The notes: a model not told the origin generated them from the letters alone. Counted from the stretch's first letter, positions 29,901 to 38,188 are shown. The stretch: DNA of 64,000 nucleotides from Prochlorococcus sp. AG-418-K17 (GCA_003214055.1 QCMD01000005.1:802-64801), one strand, 5' to 3'. Translations and numbers: made by a program.

Positions 29901-30026
29901 ATGAATCTAAATGAGACAAAAAAGGATTTGAACTCCGAAATCCAAAAAGAATTGGAAAAATCGAAGCTCAAAGTTCTTACTAATGAAAATGATTTTTTAG
30001 TAAAAAACCTCAAAAAGGCTGGATGA
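29901..30026 (+). CDS. 41-aa coiled-coil microprotein
   Basis: MNLNETKKDLNSEIQKELEKSKLKVLTNENDFLVKNLKKAG; C-terminus similar to ORF 33837. Confidence 0.55.
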   Translation: MNLNETKKDLNSEIQKELEKSKLKVLTNENDFLVKNLKKAG

Positions 30027-30317
30027 TTTATTAGAGCCAACAGATATTTCTATACAACAAAATTTTCAAAAATTTCTTTCTAAGACTAGATAATGATTTC
30101 TTGAATGCTCACCCAAAATATTTTTATTTTGTCAAATATAAAATTTCTATTAAATATACAAATAATGCTCCATATACTAAACATATAAATCAAATCCTAG
30201 TTATATTATTTAAATCTCAATAAGAGATCAGATCAGAAATATATACGGAAAATCCTAGTTTTTTAATTATATAAACAATTATTTTCCTTGTACTCGAATT
30301 ATTGTTTCTATCAAAAA

Positions 30318-30569
30318 ATGAATACTCAAGAACTAAAAGTCAATTATAAAAGGCTTTTAAATAAAGCTTCCCAAGCAAATGGTCGTAAAGAAACTGTTTC
30401 TTACTTAAACCGTGCTGCTAAAATCAAGTCAAAACTTTACTCAACATCTAAGGTGAATTGCTTTAGATGTAATGGAGCAGGTTTTCTAAGAATCTCATTA
30501 GATGAAACTAAAACCTGTTTATCTTGTTATGGGAAGGGATTCTTAATAAAAGAAAATCAGCAGCTTTAA
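30318..30569 (+). CDS. DnaJ-type zinc-finger small protein
   Basis: CFRCNGAG and CLSCYGKG (two CxxCxGxG); ATG at 30318. Confidence 0.8.
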   Translation: MNTQELKVNYKRLLNKASQANGRKETVSYLNRAAKIKSKLYSTSKVNCFRCNGAGFLRISLDETKTCLSCYGKGFLIKENQQL

Positions 30570-30586
30570 AACAATTTGATTTATAA

Positions 30587-30742
30587 ATGAAAGATCTCAT
30601 TCAAGCCCACAAAAAATTAATTAAAACAGTAAAAGAACAATTGGGGTTATCTGATTATGGGATGTACTGGTTGGCTTTCCTGGAAGGGGGCTTAACTATA
30701 TGGTTGCTGGATAGAATATTTTTCCACTGGTTAAAGTTTTAA
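30587..30742 (+). CDS. 51-aa small membrane protein
   Basis: MKDLIQAHKKLIKTVKEQLGLSDYGMYWLAFLEGGLTIWLLDRIFFHWLKF. Confidence 0.7.
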   Translation: MKDLIQAHKKLIKTVKEQLGLSDYGMYWLAFLEGGLTIWLLDRIFFHWLKF

Positions 30743-30832
30743 ATTTTATTTATTTCAAAAAAATTCTGCAGTTATTAAATAAATTAATTTTTCGAATCCA
30801 TATAAAAAGTTGTAGCATGGTAAAAAACCAAT

Positions 30833-31060
30833 ATGCAATTACTGGGATTAATTCTTCTTCTAGCTAGTAGCTGGTATCTATGGAAATTAACATCAAACTT
30901 TCTTGATGAACCAACAAAAAAAGAGTTAACAAATAGTTTTAATAATCTCAAAAATAAATTCTCTGAGGGGAAACAAAACTTCTCTAAAGCAAAATTAAGC
31001 GAAGCTTGGAAAAAATACAAGAATGAAGGTGGGGCCTTATCTAAAAAAGAAAAAAGCTAG
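30833..31060 (+). CDS. Membrane-anchored hypothetical protein, 75 aa
   Basis: N-terminal TM; stop overlaps the next start. Confidence 0.65.
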   Translation: MQLLGLILLLASSWYLWKLTSNFLDEPTKKELTNSFNNLKNKFSEGKQNFSKAKLSEAWKKYKNEGGALSKKEKS

Positions 31061-31314
31061 TGGACTTTTTTATTATTACAAGTCTTACTAAAGATATTTC
31101 GAGAATTGATCTAATTGGTATCTTGATTGGTCATTTAATTTTTGGTGTTGCATTGACACAGCTTTTAGATTGGACGTGGTTAAAGAACCTTATGAGTGAA
31201 GAAGATAAAACAAAGATGCTTAAAAGCTATACATGGAAAGACTTATTAGTAGATGGAGCAATTGTTACAGTAGTTCTAGGAATAATCTTTTTGATAATTA
31301 GCATTTTTCTATAA
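31060..31314 (+). CDS. Two-TM hypothetical protein, 84 aa
   Basis: GTG start overlapping the upstream TAG. Confidence 0.65.
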   Translation: MDFFIITSLTKDISRIDLIGILIGHLIFGVALTQLLDWTWLKNLMSEEDKTKMLKSYTWKDLLVDGAIVTVVLGIIFLIISIFL

Positions 31315-31404
31315 ATGAACGTAACTTACATCCTTTTAGTTTTTTTAATGATATCAATTGTGATTTTTACTCAAATAATCAATTCCTCCGATAAATCAAA
31401 ATAA
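31315..31404 (+). CDS. 29-aa single-TM micropeptide
   Basis: MNVTYILLVFLMISIVIFTQIINSSDKSK; TAA-ATG abutting on both sides. Confidence 0.5.
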   Translation: MNVTYILLVFLMISIVIFTQIINSSDKSK

Positions 31405-31506
31405 ATGACAGAATTAACTAGCAACTCCTCAACTGGGTGGTACTTAATCGCTTTTGTAAGCACTCTATCTTTTTTAGCTTTAATTTACTTTGGCCAAAAA
31501 AGATAG
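31405..31506 (+). CDS. 33-aa single-TM micropeptide
   Basis: MTELTSNSSTGWYLIAFVSTLSFLALIYFGQKR. Confidence 0.55.
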   Translation: MTELTSNSSTGWYLIAFVSTLSFLALIYFGQKR

Positions 31507-31537
31507 CATAAAATTTGAAAGATTATTTAAATTCATA

Positions 31538-31572
31538 AAAAAACTCTGCAACTACTGGAGATGCAGAGTTTT
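31538..31572. terminator. Bidirectional intrinsic terminator
   Basis: AAAACTCTGCA-actactggaga-TGCAGAGTTTT. Confidence 0.8.
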
Positions 31573-31632
31573 GATTACTAAGTGATTGATTTATATAAAT
31601 CTATTAATAATAAAACCTTTTTTCTTAATTAA

Positions 31633-31737
31633 AGAAAAAGAGACCGATGAATGTGATGAAGATACTGAATTCACGGCCTCTTTGATAACCGCATTTTTCG
31701 GTAGATACGACAATGAATCACCTCCTTTACTAACATT
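31633..31737 (-). ncRNA. Candidate structured small RNA or leader with a perfect Shine-Dalgarno
   Basis: AAAGGAGGTGA (31718-28), ACCG/CGGT hairpin, GAGGCCGTGAAT/ATTCATCGGTCTC hairpin plus U-run; -10-like TATCTT upstream; ends approximate. Confidence 0.5.
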
Positions 31738-31845
31738 TACCTAAAGATAACTAAAAGAATTGAACAAGGAAAGAAATTCGTTAAAAATTTAAAAGTTTTT
31801 TAATAAATTAACGATATAAATCTCTTCAATTCAAAGGAAAAGATA

Positions 31846-32511
31846 TTACCAGGGCAAAACTCCTCCGTTGGCATGCCAAAACGTACCCGAGTTATTTTTA
31901 TTTAAAGAATCAATACGTTTTAAAAGGCCATTAGCTGATTCTTCAGGACTAATTCCATTTCTTGTAAAGCCAGTCATTCTTGTACTCACTAACCCAGGAT
32001 GCAAAATAGCTACATAAATATCTTCTTTTGATAAATCTATGGAAAGTGATTTTGCTGCCATGGACAAGGCTACCTTAGACATCCTGTAACCATAAGAACT
32101 TCCAGATGTATTATCTTCAATAGATCCCATTCTACTTGTGATAAAAGCAACTTTAGAAGATCTTTTTAAAAGATGTTTAAGCGATTGAGTCATACATATT
32201 GGGCTCAATGCATTGACTTCAAATTGCCGCAAAATACTTTTTTTATCTAAGTTTTCGAAAGAATTAAATTCATAAATTCCTGCATTATGAATTAAGCAAT
32301 CTAAATTAACTCCAGATAGTTTTTTACACAAATTTGTTAGAGACTCATCAGAAGAAATTTCTATATTCTCTTCAATTCTTACTCCTAAATCTCTAAGTTC
32401 TTTTGAAGCATTCCTACACGTAGCAATTACGTTATCTCCCCTCTTATGAATTTGCCTACATAGTTCTAATCCAATACCCCTATTTGATCCTGTAATTAGA
32501 TAAGTCGACAT
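31846..32511 (-). CDS. Short-chain dehydrogenase/reductase (CsgA/C-factor-like)
   Basis: TGSNRGIG, NAG, YRMSK, HPGLVST. Confidence 0.93.
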   Translation of the reverse strand: MSTYLITGSNRGIGLELCRQIHKRGDNVIATCRNASKELRDLGVRIEENIEISSDESLTNLCKKLSGVNLDCLIHNAGIYEFNSFENLDKKSILRQFEVNALSPICMTQSLKHLLKRSSKVAFITSRMGSIEDNTSGSSYGYRMSKVALSMAAKSLSIDLSKEDIYVAILHPGLVSTRMTGFTRNGISPEESANGLLKRIDSLNKNNSGTFWHANGGVLPW

Positions 32512-32685
32512 TTCTAAACTAAAAAATAAAAAATTAATCTAAATCCAAATATAATAAAAACAAACTAGAAAAAGAAAAAATTTATAAAATTACTTGTTAC
32601 GATTTTTTAAGGTTATAATAAATTCCAATATTCAAAAGATTTTATAAAAGAAGGCAAAGATATTTTCATCATCAAAATTTAATTT

Positions 32686-32892
32686 ATGGAAATTTTCAAT
32701 CAAGAATTTATACAAGAGATTATTAAGTTAACGTGGAGAAATCCTGCATTCATGGCTATAGCTATTGCATTAGTTTGGCTTATCCCACAATTATTTATTA
32801 GAAAAATAATGGCAAAAAGATATGAACAAAGAAAAATAGAAATTCAGAAGAATAAAATTCAGAAGCTTTACCCAACTAATTCTCCTAAATAA
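32686..32892 (+). CDS. Small membrane protein, 68 aa
   Basis: One TM followed by a basic tail. Confidence 0.75.
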   Translation: MEIFNQEFIQEIIKLTWRNPAFMAIAIALVWLIPQLFIRKIMAKRYEQRKIEIQKNKIQKLYPTNSPK

Positions 32893-32954
32893 GATTTTAG
32901 TTTATAAGATAATTTAATGAATCAAAAAAAACACTTTTTGCATCTAAGTAAAAC

Positions 32955-33146
32955 ATGACCTACAAAATAATTAGAATTGATGGGGAAGATGACGATTTAA
33001 CCGCTCAAAGTTTTGATAATTATTCAGATGCATACGATGTGTTAGAGGAACTATATGGAGATTTATGTTGTTCAGATGCTGATTATGGAGACATAACCTA
33101 TTACGATATTGTGGAAAATAGTTTTAAGAATATTAATGGAGAATAA
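32955..33146 (+). CDS. Acidic hypothetical protein, 63 aa
   Basis: FDNYSDAYDVL...CCSDADY. Confidence 0.75.
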   Translation: MTYKIIRIDGEDDDLTAQSFDNYSDAYDVLEELYGDLCCSDADYGDITYYDIVENSFKNINGE

Positions 33147-33345
33147 AAAATGGGCTCCCACCCAAGAAGAAAATATAGGGGTAATAACGAGTGTTTATGA
33201 ATTCATTAAAGAAGAACTTTCAGAACTTCAAAAAGAAACTGGATGTCCCGATTCATTTATTTATGATTTTATTGGCAAGATTCAGAATGAATGGCATCCT
33301 GAATCATGCCACTCCATAGTTAGAAATAAAAAAAGAAAAAATTAG
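33136..33345 (+). CDS. Hypothetical protein, 69 aa
   Basis: ATG at 33136 (MENKKW...TGCPDSFI). Confidence 0.75.
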   Translation: MENKKWAPTQEENIGVITSVYEFIKEELSELQKETGCPDSFIYDFIGKIQNEWHPESCHSIVRNKKRKN

Positions 33346-33415
33346 AAAATATTAAATCTTCAACTCAAATTTATAAATCTTCTTTAGTATAATTTGAATT
33401 TTAAAATACTAAATC

Positions 33416-33502
33416 ATGATTATTAGAATACTAGGTATCGTACTTATTCTTGGTACTATTGCATATTATGGTTTAGTTTTGACTGGACAAAGCAACCTTT
33501 AA
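33416..33502 (+). CDS. 28-aa single-TM micropeptide
   Basis: MIIRILGIVLILGTIAYYGLVLTGQSNL. Confidence 0.5.
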   Translation: MIIRILGIVLILGTIAYYGLVLTGQSNL

Positions 33503-33525
33503 TTTTTTTATTTTTAAAATTTCTC

Positions 33526-33738
33526 ATGAAATGGCCTCCCACTTTGTGTTGGACTGCACCAAAAACTATTAATGGTAATAGGCATTTTCAAGTTAAAGCT
33601 TATGGGGGTAAAAATGAAGATAGATGGGTTGATATTTTTCCTACTAAAAATAAAAAAGATATTAAAAGGATCTCATGGGCAAAACTAAAATCAGAATGGA
33701 CTACTGGATGGTTAAGGCTCCCAAAAGATAAAGATTAA
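33526..33738 (+). CDS. TIGR02450-family Trp-rich protein
   Basis: WTA...RHFQV...W..LK..W..GW pattern. Confidence 0.85.
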   Translation: MKWPPTLCWTAPKTINGNRHFQVKAYGGKNEDRWVDIFPTKNKKDIKRISWAKLKSEWTTGWLRLPKDKD

Positions 33739-33836
33739 TTTGTTTATGTAAACAAATATTATTAACCAGAAAAATGTAAAAAATAATACCTAATACAAAA
33801 AAAATAACTTCTAAAATTTTTAAAAATCTGTTTAAT

Positions 33837-34010
33837 ATGAAGCCAGAACCGAAGAAAAAACTTCCTAATAAAAAAGTTATAAGTTCAGCAAAATTTGAGG
33901 CTAAAGAACAATTCACAAAATCTGCATTGGAAAATTTAAAAACAGAAAATGAAAGACTCGTTAATTCATTAAAAAAATCTGGAGAAATTAAAGAATCAAA
34001 AAAAAAATAG
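33837..34010 (+). CDS. 57-aa basic coiled-coil protein
   Basis: MKPEPKKK...KSALENLKTENERLVNSLKKSGEIKESKKK. Confidence 0.6.
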   Translation: MKPEPKKKLPNKKVISSAKFEAKEQFTKSALENLKTENERLVNSLKKSGEIKESKKK

Positions 34011-34061
34011 ATTTACACAATTAAAATTTTTTTATTATCATGTTATTTTACAGATTGAGAA

Positions 34062-34181
34062 ATGATTGAAAAAATCTCTCTAGCAAATTCTCATTTACCT
34101 CAACTTATTGGGTTCGTACTTATGTCAATTGGTTATACATTAGGCAATAAATTTTTCCTTCCAGAAATTAAGCAAAAGTAA
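34062..34181 (+). CDS. 39-aa membrane micropeptide
   Basis: MIEKISLANSHLPQLIGFVLMSIGYTLGNKFFLPEIKQK. Confidence 0.5.
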   Translation: MIEKISLANSHLPQLIGFVLMSIGYTLGNKFFLPEIKQK

Positions 34182-34411
34182 GAATTACTAGATATCAAAA
34201 ATTAATTTAGATAAATAATATTGAAAATATTTCCTGAAAGAAAATTTTCGATACCCTATATGATTTGGATAAATAATACTTAAAAGGTAATTTTGTAATT
34301 AAATTAAGACTACTCTTTAGATATTAATGATACATAAATGTGACATTAAAGTCCTTAAAAACCTGAAATCCAAAGAAAAGGTAAGAATTCATACTAATTT
34401 TTCTTAAATAT

Positions 34412-34429
34412 GTTACATTAGTTAATAAT
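34412..34429 (+). promoter_or_regulatory. HLR1 (RpaB)-like element upstream of the hli gene
   Basis: GTTACATT-AG-TTAATAAT imperfect direct repeat. Confidence 0.45.
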
Positions 34430-34533
34430 TTAGGTAAGGTTTCCTCTGTCAATAAAGCAGAAATAAGGAAATGTTTGATATCTTCTAATGTCATTTACTT
34501 TGCTGACTAATTGATCACATATGAAATCTAAAA

Positions 34534-34788
34534 ATGGATGCTCTTACTAGTTTTATAGTTGTTATCATTGCAATCACAATCCAATTCTCTTTATATGCCA
34601 TCAAAAGGTTACAGGAGCCTTTAGAACCTAATTATTTGATAGATAAAAATACGAAAAAATTTAAAAATTATATGGGAAAATTTTGGAAAAATGCCGAAAT
34701 AACAAATGGGAGATTAGCTATGATTGGGTTTCTAGCTTTGATTATAAACTACGGTTTTTTTGGTTGGATAATTCCAGGATTTATTTAA
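34534..34788 (+). CDS. hli: High-light-inducible protein (HLIP) with an extra N-terminal hydrophobic helix
   Basis: AEITNGRLAMIG chlorophyll-binding motif, IIPGFI end. Confidence 0.92.
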   Translation: MDALTSFIVVIIAITIQFSLYAIKRLQEPLEPNYLIDKNTKKFKNYMGKFWKNAEITNGRLAMIGFLALIINYGFFGWIIPGFI

Positions 34789-34859
34789 GGAAAAATAAAT
34801 TTCCTGTTAAAAAAACTCTCCTTTTAAAAAAAAAATTTTTATTATGAGTAAAAAAGCAA

Positions 34860-35057
34860 TTGGGCAATTCTGATTTCGATAAAAATGGATTAGACAGTTA
34901 CGGAATACATTGGCTTCAATATGCTGCTTTTGCTGTTTCTGGTTTTGCTATATTTACGATCTGGGCTTTTTTTTATGATGAAAGTTTCCATAATTTTATG
35001 ATGAATATTTTAAGGGTTATTAACTGCAGTGGATTTAACTGTAATGGAGCTTTTTAA
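34860..35057 (+). CDS. Small membrane protein (start uncertain)
   Basis: One TM, INCSGFNC; TTG start, with an out-of-frame ATG at 34844. Confidence 0.65.
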   Translation: MGNSDFDKNGLDSYGIHWLQYAAFAVSGFAIFTIWAFFYDESFHNFMMNILRVINCSGFNCNGAF

Positions 35058-35345
35058 AATATTATGCTAATTTTTATCAACAAACAATATTAATTGATAA
35101 TGCCTTTAAGGAAATATAATATTTGTATAAATCATCAAGAAGATACTGATGTTTAGAATTTAGAATTTAAATGTTTACTAAAGTGATTATAAACGAATGA
35201 AAAAAAACAAGGGGAAAACTGTTTTTGCATTAAGGTAAAGTTAGCCAAAATAAAAAGATCCAATGTCATCAAATTTTTAAATATAAATAGATTTTTTACT
35301 TCAAAATTTAATATTCATAATTTCACATTCTTTTAGAAAGACATT

Positions 35346-35380
35346 AAAAAGGAATGAATCTTAAATAGAAGATTCATTCC
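35346..35380 (-). terminator. Intrinsic terminator
   Basis: GGAATGAATCTT-aaatag-AAGATTCATTCC 12-bp stem; A-run on the left gives a minus-strand U-tail. Confidence 0.8.
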
Positions 35381-35406
35381 AGTTTTAGCATTAGTTTTAT
35401 CTAGAT

Positions 35407-35448
35407 TTAAATTTTATAATTTAACTCCTCTGGTGGACTGTCAATCAT
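35407..35448 (-). CDS. 13-aa micro-ORF MIDSPPEELNYKI in its own roughly 135-nt transcript
   Basis: AGGAGG 6 nt before the ATG, TATAAT at 35487-92, terminator downstream. Confidence 0.5.
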   Translation of the reverse strand: MIDSPPEELNYKI

Positions 35449-35531
35449 TAGATCCCTCCTATTCAACAAGTTAAACATACGCCTTAATTATAAAGAAAGT
35501 AAATCAGTAAAAATGCTGATTTATTATTTTT

Positions 35532-35633
35532 CTAAAATGTTTGAATTAAAGAAGCCAATTCTGGAGCATCTAATAAAAGTGCGAAAAATGTAAGAACGAC
35601 TAATAGAAATATGGAAAAGTAAAATTGAATCAT
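35532..35633 (-). CDS. 33-aa single-TM micropeptide
   Basis: MIQFYFSIFLLVVLTFFALLLDAPELASLIQTF. Confidence 0.5.
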   Translation of the reverse strand: MIQFYFSIFLLVVLTFFALLLDAPELASLIQTF

Positions 35634-35734
35634 AATAAACAAAATACTTACAAAGATTTTTTAAAGTTGTATAAAATAATGCTTTGTTTACATAATTAAA
35701 TAACTCTACTTAAAAAAGTTTAATTAGAGAAAAA

Positions 35735-35968
35735 CTAAGATACTTCAGGAGAAAATATAGTCCTATTCTTTTGCCAATATTTACAACCTTTAAGTAAATG
35801 ATCACCCTGTGGTATGCGTTTTTCGTATCTTGGGCAGATCAAGAAAGTAGCAAAAGTTTCTGTCGTGCTGTAGCGAAAGTGATTGCAAGTAATACAAATC
35901 TTTGTATTTTTTCGTTTTAGGATAGATTGTTTTAGATATTCCCATTTTGACGGATTTACCTTAATCAT
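35735..35968 (-). CDS. Cys-rich putative metal-binding small protein
   Basis: CITCNHF...C...H...C..W; 2 nt downstream of DUF1651. Confidence 0.8.
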   Translation of the reverse strand: MIKVNPSKWEYLKQSILKRKNTKICITCNHFRYSTTETFATFLICPRYEKRIPQGDHLLKGCKYWQKNRTIFSPEVS

Positions 35969-35970
35969 GT

Positions 35971-36261
35971 TTATTGAAATTTACTAGTAACAATTTTCCA
36001 ACCTCCTGAAATTAATTCATTCCATGTTTCAAAAGAACACTCAATAGAATTAATTCTGGAATTTTTAAGTTGGGCTGGTTCACCTAGTTCATTTGCATAA
36101 AAAAGGTGAGTATATACTTTTAAGTCATTAGATACAGATTTCTTATAAGACTCAAAAAAAATTAATAAACCATTTTTTTTGTTAAACAACCAGCCAGTTG
36201 GGGTGTCAATAAAGCTGCCACGATAAAAATTAGTCCGAACATTAGAAGCTCCTGATGTCAT
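35971..36261 (-). CDS. DUF1651-family protein
   Basis: GWL...GEPAQLK...WNELISGGW; paralog of 38315-38614. Confidence 0.85.
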   Translation of the reverse strand: MTSGASNVRTNFYRGSFIDTPTGWLFNKKNGLLIFFESYKKSVSNDLKVYTHLFYANELGEPAQLKNSRINSIECSFETWNELISGGWKIVTSKFQ

Positions 36262-36266
36262 AGAGA

Positions 36267-36313
36267 TAATACAGGTGTACTATTAATATAAATGTACTAC
36301 TTTTCGATGTCAA
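36267..36313 (-). promoter_or_regulatory. Sigma70 promoter with tandem LexA (SOS) boxes
   Basis: TTGACA (36308-13) N17 TATATT (36285-90); TAATACAGGTGTACTA 36267-82 and TAATATAAATGTACTA 36284-99 against cyanobacterial TAGTACA-N2-TGTACTA. Confidence 0.8.
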
Positions 36314-36450
36314 GTGTTCCTTCAAGTAGTTATTTAGATACAAAAATTACTTTCCAGAAATAATCAACCTAAACTACTTATTTGGTAATAGAGTATACAA
36401 CTAACTTTTTCAAAAGGAAAATATTATTAAAGAGAAATTCCAAAAATAAA

Positions 36451-36687
36451 ATGTATCGAAATCCCTTTCATTTAGGATGGAATAAAGGTTGGTCTTTTAT
36501 ATTATTTTTGGAGGGTGGCATTGCAAAAATTGAAGCAAAAGGTTTTGGAATATCTATTACAACAAACGTTAAAAAAGGAGAATCTCCATCAGAATCTGCA
36601 GATAGATTAGTTTTTAAAGAACAAAGGATAAGAAAATCAAGATATTATTCTTGGATTAAAAAGATAAATGAAAACTACAAAATTTAA
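36451..36687 (+). CDS. Hypothetical protein, 78 aa
   Basis: ATG at 36451; divergent from DUF1651. Confidence 0.75.
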   Translation: MYRNPFHLGWNKGWSFILFLEGGIAKIEAKGFGISITTNVKKGESPSESADRLVFKEQRIRKSRYYSWIKKINENYKI

Positions 36688-36752
36688 AGCTTAAATTTTA
36701 AAGTTTTTTGTTAAAAGTCAACTTAAGATAAAAGTTAGTTATTCAATTTAAA

Positions 36753-37010
36753 ATGTCCAATAAATTTTATGAATGGTGGAAAAATCATCGAAAAATTGTA
36801 ACTTATAGTGCTTTTTTAATTTTTATTGGTTTTTATTTATCACCTCTTATCAAAGAAGCAAAATATAGAAACCAATGTATTAAATTATCTTCCAAAGGAG
36901 CATTATATAAATTTAATAAAGATGATATCAGTGAAACTCTTTTAGAAGAAACAGGTTTGAATATTGGTGAATTAGCAGAGATTGAGGGTTATAAGAATTG
37001 TATAAATTAA
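36753..37010 (+). CDS. Small membrane protein with Cys pair
   Basis: WWKNHRK, one TM, NQCI...YKNC. Confidence 0.75.
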   Translation: MSNKFYEWWKNHRKIVTYSAFLIFIGFYLSPLIKEAKYRNQCIKLSSKGALYKFNKDDISETLLEETGLNIGELAEIEGYKNCIN

Positions 37011-37162
37011 AAAGTTATAGATTTATGATAATTTTTTGAATCATTAAAGTTATCTTACAACTCATATTTTAAATTTTTGGAATATTAATATGAATATAGA
37101 GCAAAATGGATATAGATAAACAAAGTTGGATATCTAGTCACAACCTTAAGCAACAGTATTAA

Positions 37163-37912
37163 ATGAAAACTTATTTAGAAGAAAGAATTATATGGTATGA
37201 CGATAATTATAGAAATGGTAATGCTTTAATTTCTGATAAGCAATTCGACCAACTTGAAAGGAATTTATTAAGAACAAGCCCGAATTGTGACTACTTTAAA
37301 AAAAAGAATAATTTAGTTTTGCCTTCACTAGAGAAAGATTCAATAGATAAATTTTTGGAAGGATTATTACCAGATACCAGATTATTAATTGAGCCTAAAA
37401 TTAATGGTTGTGCTGTTGCTTTGCAATATAGGAATGGAACCTTGGAAAAAGCAATTTCAAGAGAAGGAACTGACGTCACTAGTAAACTTATAAAAGTTCA
37501 AGACATCCCAAATCAAATCCCTCTACAAGGGGTTATTCAAGTTAGAGGCGAACTATACGCGCCCAACCAAACCCCAAATATTTCTCAAAGAGTTGCTGCT
37601 GGATTTCTAAGAGCTAAAGAGGGATTTTCTGAAAGTCTTAGCTTCTGCGCATTTCAAATACTCAATTCAACACTTAACCAATATGAGTCCAAAAAGAGTC
37701 TTTCAAAGCTCGGCTTCACGATCCCTCAGGATATTTCATGCAACTTTACAAGCCAAGTTGAAGTATTTAGAAAACAATGGCTAGAAGGAAAGCTTTTTAG
37801 TAAATATCCAACAGATGGAATAGTAGTAAAAATAAATTCTAGAAAATTACAATTGATTAGAGAAAAATCAAATTTAGATTATCCTTATTGGCAAGTAGCA
37901 ATAAAACGTTAA
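37163..37912 (+). CDS. Stand-alone NAD-dependent DNA ligase adenylation domain (no OB/Zn/HhH/BRCT)
   Basis: ISDKQFD (domain Ia), EPKING, VRGELY, TDGIVVK, VAIK, then stop. Confidence 0.88.
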   Translation: MKTYLEERIIWYDDNYRNGNALISDKQFDQLERNLLRTSPNCDYFKKKNNLVLPSLEKDSIDKFLEGLLPDTRLLIEPKINGCAVALQYRNGTLEKAISREGTDVTSKLIKVQDIPNQIPLQGVIQVRGELYAPNQTPNISQRVAAGFLRAKEGFSESLSFCAFQILNSTLNQYESKKSLSKLGFTIPQDISCNFTSQVEVFRKQWLEGKLFSKYPTDGIVVKINSRKLQLIREKSNLDYPYWQVAIKR

Positions 37913-38025
37913 TGGAATTAATACACCAGATTTTTCCTACTTGGCATATTTACTTGGATATGTTTTTGGTTGGCTTTGCAACTTATGGTTTTCTACGAAT
38001 TAAGAAAAAAATTAAAACTAAATAA
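37912..38025 (+). CDS. 37-aa membrane micropeptide
   Basis: MELIHQIFPTWHIYLDMFLVGFATYGFLRIKKKIKTK; TAATG overlap with the ligase fragment. Confidence 0.55.
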   Translation: MELIHQIFPTWHIYLDMFLVGFATYGFLRIKKKIKTK

Positions 38026-38035
38026 AGTTTTTAAA

Positions 38036-38188
38036 TCATCCGTGGTCCTTAAGCATGGATTTAAGTTGTTCGCTGTCTAATTGTTCAAGATAATTTCTCA
38101 TTGCCAACCAAGATCTTCTGCTCTCAAACTTTCCACTTTGTTTAAATAAATTTGCGGAAACTTGATCTATCAATTCTTTATGAGTCAT
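38036..38188 (-). CDS. Small conserved hypothetical protein, 50 aa
   Basis: MTHKELIDQVSANLFKQSGK...SWLAMRNYLEQLD; ATG at 38188 preferred. Confidence 0.75.
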   Translation of the reverse strand: MTHKELIDQVSANLFKQSGKFESRRSWLAMRNYLEQLDSEQLKSMLKDHG

